Assembly: GCA_016906335.1 (NCBI GenBank)
Contig: JADEYG010000007.1
Span: 496,001 to 560,000, forward strand
Length of the DNA stretch: 64,000 bases
Reading direction: 5' to 3'
From: Novakomyces olei
Taxonomy: Eukaryota
Both the position numbers and the translations under genes were made by a program. The notes below the pieces were generated by a model, which did no database searches, was not told where the DNA came from, and saw nothing but the letters and a program-made list of their open reading frames with translations. Positions 49,937 through 60,302 of the stretch are shown here, one piece after another. Each line of letters opens with the position of its first letter. Position 1 is the stretch's first letter.

Positions 49937-52900
49937 TTACAGCAAAGAAGCGTCACAAGCAGACGGGGACGGGGCAATAATTTCAACGATCCGGAGGCAA
50001 AGCGATTCAAACGAGACCGGTTTGGACAGGTACGAGGTGAACCCAGCACCCTTGCACTTGTCCGCCACGTCAGACATGACGTTTGCACTGAGGGCGATAA
50101 TGGGCACACGCTGCTCCGGCAGCAATTGGCCCTCTGCGATCCTCTTGTCCTCAATTTCCCTTACCATTTTACATGCAAGGTACCCGTCGAGCCGGGGCAT
50201 GTGCAGGTCCATAAAGATGAGGGAGAACCGGTCCGGGTGCTGCCTGTACTGCTCAACGCACTCTATTCCATCTGCCGCGACTTCTGCCTCGAGTCCTACT
50301 TTGGCCAGGAACCGGAGCATAACTTTTTGGTTGACACTATTGTCCTCGACAGAGAGCACTCTGAACCCTCTGCCCCGGACCTGATCCTCGATCGTTTTGA
50401 AGACACGCTTCTGCCGGTCTACAGCCTGATGGGCACTGGCCCGTTTCAAGTCCTGGCTCTCCTGGCAGTAGCCCTCTGGGTCAAAAATACTGCTGAACTT
50501 TGCAGGTTTCAGGACGCGAAAGACAAACTGCACGAAGCGGAGATACGGGATTGGGGCCCCATCTGAAACGGCCGTCCTCTGTATCGGCGTAGTGACAACC
50601 ACAAAATTGCTCTCCTCATGGAAGGCATTGTGCCTGGCAAAGGCAAGCATATCCAGAATGGCACCCGTCTCCTGCAGATTGACGACGATGTGCGTGTACG
50701 CGAGCTGTGTGCTCGTGACACTGCTGATCCTCTGCTTTGCCGCCTCCACGCTCGACTCTACCAGGATCGTGCGCCGAATAGCGCTCGGAATTGTCACGGA
50801 AATATGGTGCTGGATAGCGAGGCCGCCATACTTTGTCAGCGACACGATCAGGATACGGTAGGCAGAAAATTTGTTGACCTCTGACACTGAGCTAGTGGCA
50901 CTGGCAGAGCCAATGGCAGAGTTGGAGACTGACCCAGAGACTGACCCAGAGCCAGTGCCACTAGCACTGCCAATGGCACTGCCACTGGCAGAGCCACTGG
51001 CAGAGAGAGGCTCTATATTTGGCAGCTCTAGCGGCTCCGAGACCGATCTCTTCGGGCCCCGTCCCGCTGAGCCGAGAGCGGCCGGGCCTCGTCTGCGGTT
51101 GTGAGGAAAAGACAGTGTTATCTCCGGCCCAGTGCTGGGCCGCACAGAGGGAACCGGCACAGCTCCGTAATCTCGGCCGACGGCAGCCGACCGCCGAGCA
51201 ACAGGCGAGTCTGGCCTCGAGCTGATCTCGACAGTCTGCACAGACGAAGGCTGGATCCCGCTGGACGTGAGCGACAGCCCGGCCGAGTGAAGACTTGCCT
51301 GAGTTGTACAAGTAGCTTTATCAGCAAATGGTTTGTCTGAAGCAAATGGTTTGTCTGAAGCAAATGGTTTGTCTGAAGCAAATGGTTTGTCTGTATTGTT
51401 ATTGTCATTGTTATTGCCATTCTCGTTCCCAGTATTGGCTGGCAGACGGTCCAATGACCGGTCAAACTCGGCAGTAAAGCCAAAGACACTGCCTTTGCCC
51501 TTCTCGCTCGTGCATGTCATGGACCCGTGGTGCAGCTCGACGAGCTGCTTCGAGATAACGAGGCCGAGTCCGGACCCGCCGTGTTTACGTGTGGAGGAAG
51601 TGTCGATCTGGGAGAAGGGTTTAAAGATGAGCGAAGCCTCAATCTTGTCGAACCCGGACCCAGTGTCCGTACACTCCCACCCAATCTTTACATGGCCGTC
51701 CGGCAGAGCATTATTATCATCATTATGGACGAGAAAGCAGCGAGTAAAGACTTCGCCTTCGCTCGTAAACTTTATAGCGTTGCCTACAATATTCAAAAGG
51801 ACCTGGCGCAGACGGATACGGTCCCCGTTGACGTACGCCGGCACGTCCTGCTCGACGATAAAGTTGAGATCGAGTTTCTTGGAGATGGCCATTGTGCTGA
51901 GCAGCTCATGAGCATCTTCGACCATACTGCGGACGGAGAACATCTCGAGGTTGAGCTTCATCATACCGGCCTCTACTTTGCTCAGGTCCAGGATATCGTT
52001 GATGACGAGCAACAGGGCTTCGGCAGACTGCTGGATTGTATGCGCATAGTCCAGCTGCTCCATCGACAGGTTCGTGTCGAGCAGGAAATTGACCATTCCC
52101 GTAATGCCAATCAACGGCGTCCGGATCTCGTGGCTCATGTTTGACAGGAACCTCGTTTTGCTCTCCATCGAATGCTGCGCTGCCAGATTGGCCTCACGCA
52201 GTTTTTCCGTCAGCAGCTTTTGGTCGTGGATATCGGAACACGTCCCGAGCCAGATCGTCTCGCTGCCTTCTTCATTCATGACTCCTTCGTCACTGTCACT
52301 GCCGGCTGCCGTGTCGATCGGCACACACCGCACTAGATGCCACCTGTACTCGTCTTTGCTGTTGCGCAGCCGTATCTCTACCGTCTTTGTCACTGGACCA
52401 CTGCTGCCTTGTCCAGAAGAAGAAGAAGTAGAAGAAGAGGAAGTAGACCAAGTAGTAGAAGTAGTCAAAGTAGTCCCGAAAAAGCACTTGTCCCGGTCGT
52501 CCGGGTGCACCTGCTCAAGGAACCCAAGGCCCTGGGTTTGGGAAAAAGGCACGCCAGACTGCCGCATCCACTGGCTGTTGGCGTACGTTATTCCGCTCCT
52601 TGAAGAGGCGGCAAAAACGATGACGGGGCTCACCTCTGCCAGGCTGCGGTACTTCATCTCTGAGGCCGCTGTCTGCGCCTGCTTGGCCGCGTTTTCCTGT
52701 GCAATCATGCGCTCATTGACGTCCACCAGAGTGCCAAGGTAGTGTACAACGGCACCGGTACTGTCTCTCAAGGGCACTGCTCTGGCAAGAAACCATTTGT
52801 AGACTCCGTCAAACCTGCGCAGCCTTACAATCCGCTCAAAGGTATCAGCTGCCGCTATCTTTTGCCGCCAGCTGCTGACAAAATGCTGCCTGTCGTCTGC

Positions 52901-55879
52901 ATGAATTGCCTCCCATTCAGAGGCCAGAAACTCGTTCAGCGAGGCTCCGCAGTAGGCAAGCGCCCGCTCATTTATCCATGTCACTGCCGCTGTTATGGGA
53001 TTCACTGTGAGAACAATCACAGGGATCGAGTCGACTACTATCCGCAAAAGCCTGCCGGACGGCACTAGACCCGCCGTCAGCGACCGGGCCCGTCGGGAGA
53101 GAGGCCGCTCTGACGGAGAGAGCAGCGGCGGCTGTGCCTCGAAGCCGAGCAGATGCTTGCCTGCTGGATTCTGTGGGTTTTGAGAATTCAGAGGATTCTG
53201 CTGAATCTGCTGGATCTGCTGAATCTGCCTCGACTGCCGTTTGACAGAACCCGAGACAGAAGAAACAGAACTCGACACTCCTGTCTCTACGGCTCCTGCA
53301 TTCAGGCCATTGTGCCTCGGCCGCAGAGCTGTTCGCAGTGGCTCGACAATAGAGGCAGTTATCGATCTTGCACCGAGCGAGTGGATAGCCGGCTCTGAGC
53401 GTTTGCGTGTCAGACTGGACGGCAGCTGTGGCCGAGACAAGGGGAACAGAAGGCTCTGAGACTTGTCCCGAGCATGCCTTCTCTGAGGAACAGCACTGGC
53501 AGGCTCAGCGCTAGTGTTTGTACTAGTACTATTACTCTCCTCTTCGTCGCCTGCTCTTTGCTTGCTGGCAAAAGTGTAAACGGCCGTCGGCCGTGTACGT
53601 GCACTGGGCTCCCTGAGCGACTCCGAGTTGCGCCGGTTCAGGGGCGGGATCGTCTCTGACCGGCTGGTCGTCTCGCCTTCGAGTGTAAAGTAATCGGCCT
53701 CTGTAAACGTCTCACTCCGCAGCGGAGAGCTCACCGCCGTTGTGCCAATAGGGTTAGGGTTAGGGTTAATGGACGGGCTGAGAACGGCTGGTGGAGCAAA
53801 ATCAAACCCTACGGCTCCAGCGTCGTAGGAGCTATAGGTCCCTGTGCTCGAGGCACTCGACATCGTGTCCAGCGCATGGTCGCCAGAGCCTTCCTGGTGC
53901 AGAGCAGAGTGGAGCTGCTCGTACCGGCTGAAGGCTAAATGCAGCTGGTGCACTAACGACGCATGGCTCAGGCTCTGTGAGAGCTGAGCCGCTACAAAGG
54001 GCGCAAACTGGCGCAGAACTTGCAGCAGCGCATCGGAAAAGGGGATAATTGGCGTTATTATAGACAGGATTGCCAGTGGATGCAGAGAATTGCCTTCCTC
54101 CTGCCGAAAAGCCGCTTCTGGCTTTGTATGCCGTGACGGATGGATAAGGGGGATATGGATTACACTGCACGCTCCTTCTAGCCCGACATTACGTACTGCC
54201 CTTGATTGAGCAGCTCCTGCCTTGGCTCCTGCCTTGGCTCCTGCCTTGGCTCGATTCTGGCCGTCAAAAGAGCTGGATCTGTTCCTCGACGACTGCCCTT
54301 CATTACCTTCATTACCTTCATCAGACGAAAACGCCGACTCGTCGATATCGAAAAACGAAGACGTCTTGCTCTCAACTGAATGTGCTGGAGACATTACGGG
54401 CGACATGCTCCAGGGCGACGTTGGCGTCTGCTCCGAGTCCTCGTAGGGCAGATACGAGTGCGCTGCCATTGCCATTCCGAAATCGTTTATCCGTGGAGCA
54501 GTATGCTTGTGCAAATGGCTCTTTGTTGAGGCACAAGGGCCGTCTGCCGTCACTGCTGTAGAACGGGAGAATGAGGGTTTTCTCACCGATCCCCTCTGCG
54601 ACCGAGTTTGCGGATTGTGGGGATTGCTGCCGTGTGCCCTCACGGAACCGGACCGCGATACTGCGGACTTAAAGGGATCTGGTCGTGCCCACACAGACGT
54701 AAATAGGTTTGAGCCTCCCGGAGTCCGATCAAAAGAGGTTACACAATCATTTATGCCTCGAAACTCGCGAGACAATGATACTATTTTGCCCCGCTTCAGT
54801 ACACGATTAATTCCGTTCTGATCGACGATTGGATGGTGGAACTTTTCAAGCTGCTGCAGCTCGTCATAGACACAGCAGGTATCAAACGCACTATACTCGT
54901 TCAAATGGTCTCCATCGGCAATAGTGGCCTCGCTTCCAGAAACGTCAGAGCTGAACGTTGAACTGTCATCAACAGACGGCATTTGTTGAGGTGCTGATTC
55001 GCTGCCATCTTGCGTGTACTGCCACTCTGTACTCGACTGATGGCTCTGATCGTAGTGGGCCTGCTGTGCCTCCATCCGTGTCCCAAACGAGGCCTTGACG
55101 CCCCACGGAATATTGAATATATCGGTCGTATCAAAGGGCACAGACAGCACGGCCTGGTCTACCTCAAACGTGGACACGAGAATAGACATCAAGATCTCCC
55201 AAAAGGATTCGAGGCCCGTATTGGCCGACAGGTCAAGCATCATTGAGTATATATCGATGTCCTCTCCGTCTCCAGACGCATTGTACGCTGACTCATGGTG
55301 CGCCTGTGCTCGTGAGGGTTGAGATGGCGGTTGAATAGTAGCAGAGACGCTTCCGGAGGGCTCTGCAGTGCCGCCTGCTCCAGTGGAATCGGCTAGTGTC
55401 GGAGTAAAAGTGTACTCGTTGCCCGCAGAGACCTTTGGTGTTGTACTGTCAGAGGCAAAACTATCGTTGCGATGGACAGTCGCCGAGGCAGACGGTATCC
55501 GACGTGCCATCTGTCTAAAGGGAATATTAGGCACTGAAGACGAAAAGGAGTCCTGCGCATAAGCGTGAGCCCGCGAGCTCGTTGTCATCGAAGCCAGGCG
55601 GGAAGAATCAGAGGCGTTCTCTGCGTTATCAGCATCACTGACGTCACCGCTGGGGCCACAAGGTAGAGCAAGCGCGCCCGAGCTTCCATTCTCATCGGCC
55701 GAGTCAGACGCGCTCGACACTATGCTCTGTGAATTACGAGCATTGCGCAGCTCTTGGTTACGGCGCGTTTGTATAGACTGCTGGGTGCGTAATAGATGGT
55801 CGTCCAAAGCAGCACGCAGTGATTTTAGCGTCTTGTGCAGATCAGTATCAGTTCCGGCCTGCGGTTTACGCTCCGCCAT
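49937..55879 (-). CDS. Hybrid two-component histidine kinase (long N-terminus, 2 PAS, HisKA, HATPase, receiver); resembles the fungal HHK2 / S. pombe Mak1 type
   Basis: PAS IHADDR and VHPDDR, H-box SHEIRTPL, N-box GNAIKFT, DTGSG, GGSGLGL, receiver VEDNSVNQ..MDLHMP..KP. First ATG at 55879. Confidence 0.95.
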   Translation of the reverse strand: MAERKPQAGTDTDLHKTLKSLRAALDDHLLRTQQSIQTRRNQELRNARNSQSIVSSASDSADENGSSGALALPCGPSGDVSDADNAENASDSSRLASMTTSSRAHAYAQDSFSSSVPNIPFRQMARRIPSASATVHRNDSFASDSTTPKVSAGNEYTFTPTLADSTGAGGTAEPSGSVSATIQPPSQPSRAQAHHESAYNASGDGEDIDIYSMMLDLSANTGLESFWEILMSILVSTFEVDQAVLSVPFDTTDIFNIPWGVKASFGTRMEAQQAHYDQSHQSSTEWQYTQDGSESAPQQMPSVDDSSTFSSDVSGSEATIADGDHLNEYSAFDTCCVYDELQQLEKFHHPIVDQNGINRVLKRGKIVSLSREFRGINDCVTSFDRTPGGSNLFTSVWARPDPFKSAVSRSGSVRAHGSNPHNPQTRSQRGSVRKPSFSRSTAVTADGPCASTKSHLHKHTAPRINDFGMAMAAHSYLPYEDSEQTPTSPWSMSPVMSPAHSVESKTSSFFDIDESAFSSDEGNEGNEGQSSRNRSSSFDGQNRAKAGAKAGAKAGAAQSRAVRNVGLEGACSVIHIPLIHPSRHTKPEAAFRQEEGNSLHPLAILSIITPIIPFSDALLQVLRQFAPFVAAQLSQSLSHASLVHQLHLAFSRYEQLHSALHQEGSGDHALDTMSSASSTGTYSSYDAGAVGFDFAPPAVLSPSINPNPNPIGTTAVSSPLRSETFTEADYFTLEGETTSRSETIPPLNRRNSESLREPSARTRPTAVYTFASKQRAGDEEESNSTSTNTSAEPASAVPQRRHARDKSQSLLFPLSRPQLPSSLTRKRSEPAIHSLGARSITASIVEPLRTALRPRHNGLNAGAVETGVSSSVSSVSGSVKRQSRQIQQIQQIQQNPLNSQNPQNPAGKHLLGFEAQPPLLSPSERPLSRRARSLTAGLVPSGRLLRIVVDSIPVIVLTVNPITAAVTWINERALAYCGASLNEFLASEWEAIHADDRQHFVSSWRQKIAAADTFERIVRLRRFDGVYKWFLARAVPLRDSTGAVVHYLGTLVDVNERMIAQENAAKQAQTAASEMKYRSLAEVSPVIVFAASSRSGITYANSQWMRQSGVPFSQTQGLGFLEQVHPDDRDKCFFGTTLTTSTTWSTSSSSTSSSSGQGSSGPVTKTVEIRLRNSKDEYRWHLVRCVPIDTAAGSDSDEGVMNEEGSETIWLGTCSDIHDQKLLTEKLREANLAAQHSMESKTRFLSNMSHEIRTPLIGITGMVNFLLDTNLSMEQLDYAHTIQQSAEALLLVINDILDLSKVEAGMMKLNLEMFSVRSMVEDAHELLSTMAISKKLDLNFIVEQDVPAYVNGDRIRLRQVLLNIVGNAIKFTSEGEVFTRCFLVHNDDNNALPDGHVKIGWECTDTGSGFDKIEASLIFKPFSQIDTSSTRKHGGSGLGLVISKQLVELHHGSMTCTSEKGKGSVFGFTAEFDRSLDRLPANTGNENGNNNDNNNTDKPFASDKPFASDKPFASDKPFADKATCTTQASLHSAGLSLTSSGIQPSSVQTVEISSRPDSPVARRSAAVGRDYGAVPVPSVRPSTGPEITLSFPHNRRRGPAALGSAGRGPKRSVSEPLELPNIEPLSASGSASGSAIGSASGTGSGSVSGSVSNSAIGSASATSSVSEVNKFSAYRILIVSLTKYGGLAIQHHISVTIPSAIRRTILVESSVEAAKQRISSVTSTQLAYTHIVVNLQETGAILDMLAFARHNAFHEESNFVVVTTPIQRTAVSDGAPIPYLRFVQFVFRVLKPAKFSSIFDPEGYCQESQDLKRASAHQAVDRQKRVFKTIEDQVRGRGFRVLSVEDNSVNQKVMLRFLAKVGLEAEVAADGIECVEQYRQHPDRFSLIFMDLHMPRLDGYLACKMVREIEDKRIAEGQLLPEQRVPIIALSANVMSDVADKCKGAGFTSYLSKPVSFESLCLRIVEIIAPSPSACDASLL
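51323..51393 (-). repeat. Coding 18-bp tandem repeat encoding (DKPFAS) x4 in the histidine kinase
   Basis: AGCAAATGGTTTGTCTGA x4. Confidence 0.9.
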
Positions 55880-56934
55880 GAAAGCAGAATCACGCAGGCA
55901 AAAATTCACCAGTCAAATTCACCAGTCAACTTTGCCAGTCAAATCGAAACTTGCAAGCGAAATAACATATACGGACGACAGTCAAGGCTGTCTCATCAGC
56001 ACCACCATTTATGCGTTCAAAGGTTTAAAGGCTCTAATAACAGATCTGCGGGGTCGTCCGCCTAATATTCGGCGTATTTAGAATTGGCCGGGTGCTGACT
56101 AGTCCGGTCTTTTCGGTACCAGATAATATCTCGATACAGATCAAAACGGAGAGCAATCTGGCGGTTGCTTGATCAGTGAAAGAACCGTTTAAATTGTGTA
56201 GAGCGTTTGTATTCTATCCCGCCAACCACCCCGTCTCTAGCAGACATTAGCACTCTGGATTAAACCTTTATCAAACGAATTAGTAGAAAAATAGACCCAA
56301 AAAAAAAAGGCTACAAAAACGAGATAAAATAAAAAAAAACGAGAGGGTCACATCGACTCGGAGAGTTGCGGCAAAGTACTGCGCGTACCTGGAAGGCCGA
56401 TAAAACGTATAAACGAGACGTAAAAAAGAAGGGCAGTACAAATCTGTCAGCGCTGGCAATCGTGAGCCAAGGGCCGTTGTTCGTGGGTTACACAGTAACC
56501 TGTCCCGGTCGATGATGCTATAATTGTACTATGTGTGTATACATACAAGTGCGTGGCTAGAATAGTTTGCATACTGCTGTATAAAATAATAATACTAGCA
56601 GAGCAATAATGCGTGATGGATTGTGTGCTGAATAGGATTGTGTATTAAATAAATATAGCCGGATATGCGAGATTATCTCACTCGTATTAGCAGGCGCCTA
56701 TGACGCAAAGGCATGAATTATTAATATAATTTTAGACCTGTCAACCCTAATATTAAAGGGGAAAATGGCAGAGCGCTTGGAACACTATGTCTCTGCAGCC
56801 GTATAAAAGCGTGTCTACTCTATGTTGAACCTACTCGACCGACTATATCAATTCTGTAATGGCTTTTGGCGCAGTCTCACGCTACCATTTCTCCACCGCT
56901 GTACACATGGCAAGCCGAAGCGCAATGTAGCAGA

Positions 56935-57128
56935 TTATATTTAATGATTTTAAGTTAATATAAAATCTTTAATATTATTGATTAATATTAAATATTTATT
57001 TAATTATTGATTTAATATTATATTATTATTTAAATTATTAATTTTTAATCATACATTTGATCAATTTATATGTACATTAATGATATGTATTAAATAAATA
57101 ATTTATATCAAATAAATAATTTATAAAA
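56935..57128. other. Extremely AT-rich island
   Basis: About 190 nt almost devoid of G/C. Confidence 0.8.
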
Positions 57129-58179
57129 GCGAATGTCCAATCAGCGGTACGGGCCGAGCGCCATACTGAGCCTCCGAAATGAATACTGCAATAAGTCTCG
57201 ACATACTTTCGAGCCTGGTAAATTCACACTGTATTACATGATCTCGTCTATTTGTATGGCAGACGTCTTGTATTTCTTTTTATAGCTATATTATTTTCGT
57301 GCTTGATTGAGTCGTGTACGGACGTGCGTTTGGGCTTACATGTCACACACGTTCCGACACCCAAGTATAAATGAGATGTTTATCACGTACTACAAAGCGC
57401 TGTACAAAGTTTATGTACCGTGCATGTAATACAATATGACAAGATTAGGCTTTACGCTTCACGCTCCCTGCAAAATAACGCTCGAAACATTAGCCACCGC
57501 CAGTGTGTGACTAACTCCTTTTAGACTCTGCATAGTCTTAGTCTAACATAAACATAACAATATGGGCACAAGACTGCTCGTTGTTGTAGAAGTAAACGAT
57601 AAAAAGATATCGTTACTACGTAACCGATCCCACTTCGCGTATAATATTTCTCTGCTGTTTATAGTAATCTACGAACAATGACGCACGTCCACAGACCAGT
57701 CAAAAGCATCTCCGTAACGGCCAACCGATTCGTTACGTAACATTTGGAAACTGAATGGAATCGTCGACACTGGAGAAGCTGAGTTTGTATGCAAACGTCT
57801 AATGATTATCGTACAAGAGAAGGTATCTTTTGTACACTGCAGCCATCTTACGTAATCATCCTGGTTTTATAGAGCAAATGATGAATAAAAATACTTGCAG
57901 TTTTCTCATCGCTTACTATATGACTTTTCAATTATCCAACTATGCTTATTGTTGTATAATTATTGTGCCATTATTTATTACTCGTATTAATATTGACTTT
58001 ATATTGTCTCTTATCTCAAATTGAATAAAATACAACAAATAATCGAATGAATAAAAGTGCAAATCATTCTAAATACACAAACGGGTGCCTTCATAAGAAG
58101 CGCGAAATCTAGCCATTGAGGGCGCAGATTGGCACAAAAATACCACGCTCGGCCGTGCACGCTGGCAGCAATTGCGTAC

Positions 58180-59069
58180 ATGGCTACTCGACCAATGTCA
58201 GCCCTGCCTTATGCTGAACCTGTCAGCATTACAATAATGGGTGACGGTGCCGTGGGCAAAAGGTAGGCAATGCTCGCAATGTTTGCTAAAAAGTAGCGCT
58301 ATTACAATGGCCCTTATTCGTGATCGGTTTGTTGACGAGTATGATCCTACCATAGGTATGGCCCCCGAGAACAAGAGAATACAATAAGAAAACTAGGACT
58401 GGCAGATACGAGAAATCTAACTCTTTTTTTAGAGGATTCCTACGTGACAGAGCGGACTATTGATGGACGTAAATACGCATTGTCGCTCATGGACACTGCA
58501 GGACAAGAAGAGTACCGCGGTCTGTGGTCAGCGTCCCCTCATCTCATGGCCGCAGACGCGTTCATCCTTGTTTATGGTACTTTGCTTTTTCTTATTAATT
58601 TAGCCTGTAATTTCTCACAATTGGTTCAGATATTACATCGGCCAGCTCTCTTGAATCATTAAGCTTTTTCGACGATATGGTATCAGCAACTTCAGAGACT
58701 GATGACCCAATTCGTATTATCGTCGGTAACAAATGTGACCTTGCTTCATCGGGACTCAGGCAGGTTTCATCGGCGGATGGACTCGCTTGGGCTCGGGCTC
58801 GGCGGCCTAATGGTGCTCAATTTATCGAAACGAGTGCAAAGCAAAAAGTCAATATCGAAAAGGCGTTTGAAATTTTGGTCCGCCAAGTAACACGCAAAAG
58901 ACAGGGGAAGACTGGGCAAGCTGAGGCCACTGTCCCTGGCAATGCCGGAATATCGGCGCCTTTAGCAGCAGAAAGTGCCGGAAAGCCTACTAATAATGGT
59001 GGGTCCAAGGCAAATGCTGCTACCCAAAGCGATACTACACCAGACGGCTGTCAGTGTACGATCTGCTAG
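58180..59069 (+). CDS. Ras-family small GTPase (multi-exon)
   Basis: GDGAVGKS, YDPTIEDSY, DTAGQEEY, NKCD, ETSAK, C-terminal CQCTIC CaaX box. Confidence 0.92.
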
Positions 59070-59317
59070 CAGTTTCAATAGAAAAAGGAAAGCAAGATAA
59101 AGTTTGCTAGTTTTGATACCAGCCAGTTTCAAACTGGAGGAGCGACATAGCTCTGTATTTTTCTCGTTTGGCGAGCATTTACTTTTTGTTTTACGGAAAA
59201 GACCATACTATCGAATGGCAATACACATGTGTTGTATGCAAATATATATAAATATTAATGAAAAGACTCAGCGTTGATGGCATTTCTGCTAGCAGTAAGG
59301 GCAGATTGAAGGATGTG

Positions 59318-60129
59318 TCAGAGATCTTCTGCCGAGCGGCGCACCAATCGACGAACGTTCTTTTTGAATTCAGCGGCTATTAATTATTAGCATTGTTGTT
59401 TGTTTAAATCGTAATTGTATTCTAATAGCAAAAGCACGTTTCATTCCTTCTTATCTTTTATTTCTCATTTCTCATTTCTCCTTTTTCTTCCGCAATTCTT
59501 CTTGCACTGTATATCTTCTAATATCTCGTTTAGCCTTCACAATACTTACGGTTTTCCCGCATCTCCTTGGCTGCGTCAATATTGGCCGGTGACTCATCGT
59601 TCGGGCTGCTCAGCATGCTAATAACAGAGAGCAAAATTGTCTCAGGTGTATGCACAGGCATCCAGCGTTCGCCCGCATCTTCGTAGCCGTACTTGTCGTC
59701 CTCTGGTGGATGTAGAATGGAAATACAGACATCCCCGTTTTGATATACATTAGGGTGCCACATTTTAGTAATAAACTGGACTCAGCTAAATTCATAGACC
59801 CTTGTGTCTTACCGTCATCTTGGGTGGTGACAAGGGATAATTCTGCCATAGTTAGATAAAACTGTATACCTTGACTAAGCAAGCAAAAGTACCTTTGGGA
59901 AATGAAGCTGAGCTTTGAAAAATCCGCCCTCGTATAACGTTTCATCCGGACCGATGATCATGACATCCCATTCATATATATTCGAATCGTTTACAAGCCC
60001 AACAGAAAAGCCTTGGGTAGGCGATCTTTGGATTTCCTTTTAATTTCCGGTTAGCAACGCGAACAAGAATCCAAAAGCTCCAACCTTCAGCTGCCGTCGA
60101 AGTAAAGACTCGCTGCCTAAAGACGTCAT
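59318..60129 (-). CDS. Ubiquitin-conjugating enzyme, UBE2G1/Ubc15-like (5 exons)
   Basis: [45 protein letters not shown] (acidic loop), [13 protein letters not shown]. Confidence 0.92.
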
Positions 60130-60214
60130 AGTTACAAGTACAAGGAGACCGCCAGTGCCGCCTAGGCCTTCCCACTGTTGCACACTGGTCTTCGACGCGT
60201 TGCCGTTATATACT

Positions 60215-60302
60215 AATATATGTATATATGTATTTATGTATTTATGTATATATGTATATATGTATATATGTATATATGTATATATGTATATATGTATATA
60301 TG
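60215..60302. repeat. (TATATATG)n microsatellite
   Basis: Seen directly. Confidence 0.9.

Noticed and set aside
50126-55562. Numerous antisense ORFs inside the histidine kinase and other genes
   Set aside because: These are shadow ORFs expected opposite long GC-rich coding sequence.
56758-56840. GGGGAAAATGGCAGAGCG looks like a tRNA 5' end / A box
   Set aside because: No cloverleaf, no GTTCGA T-arm and no acceptor-stem complement.
56855-56935. CTGTAATGGCTTTTGG resembles the 5' end of fungal SRP RNA
   Set aside because: There is no helix 6/8 motif, and the sequence runs into an AT island after about 80 nt.
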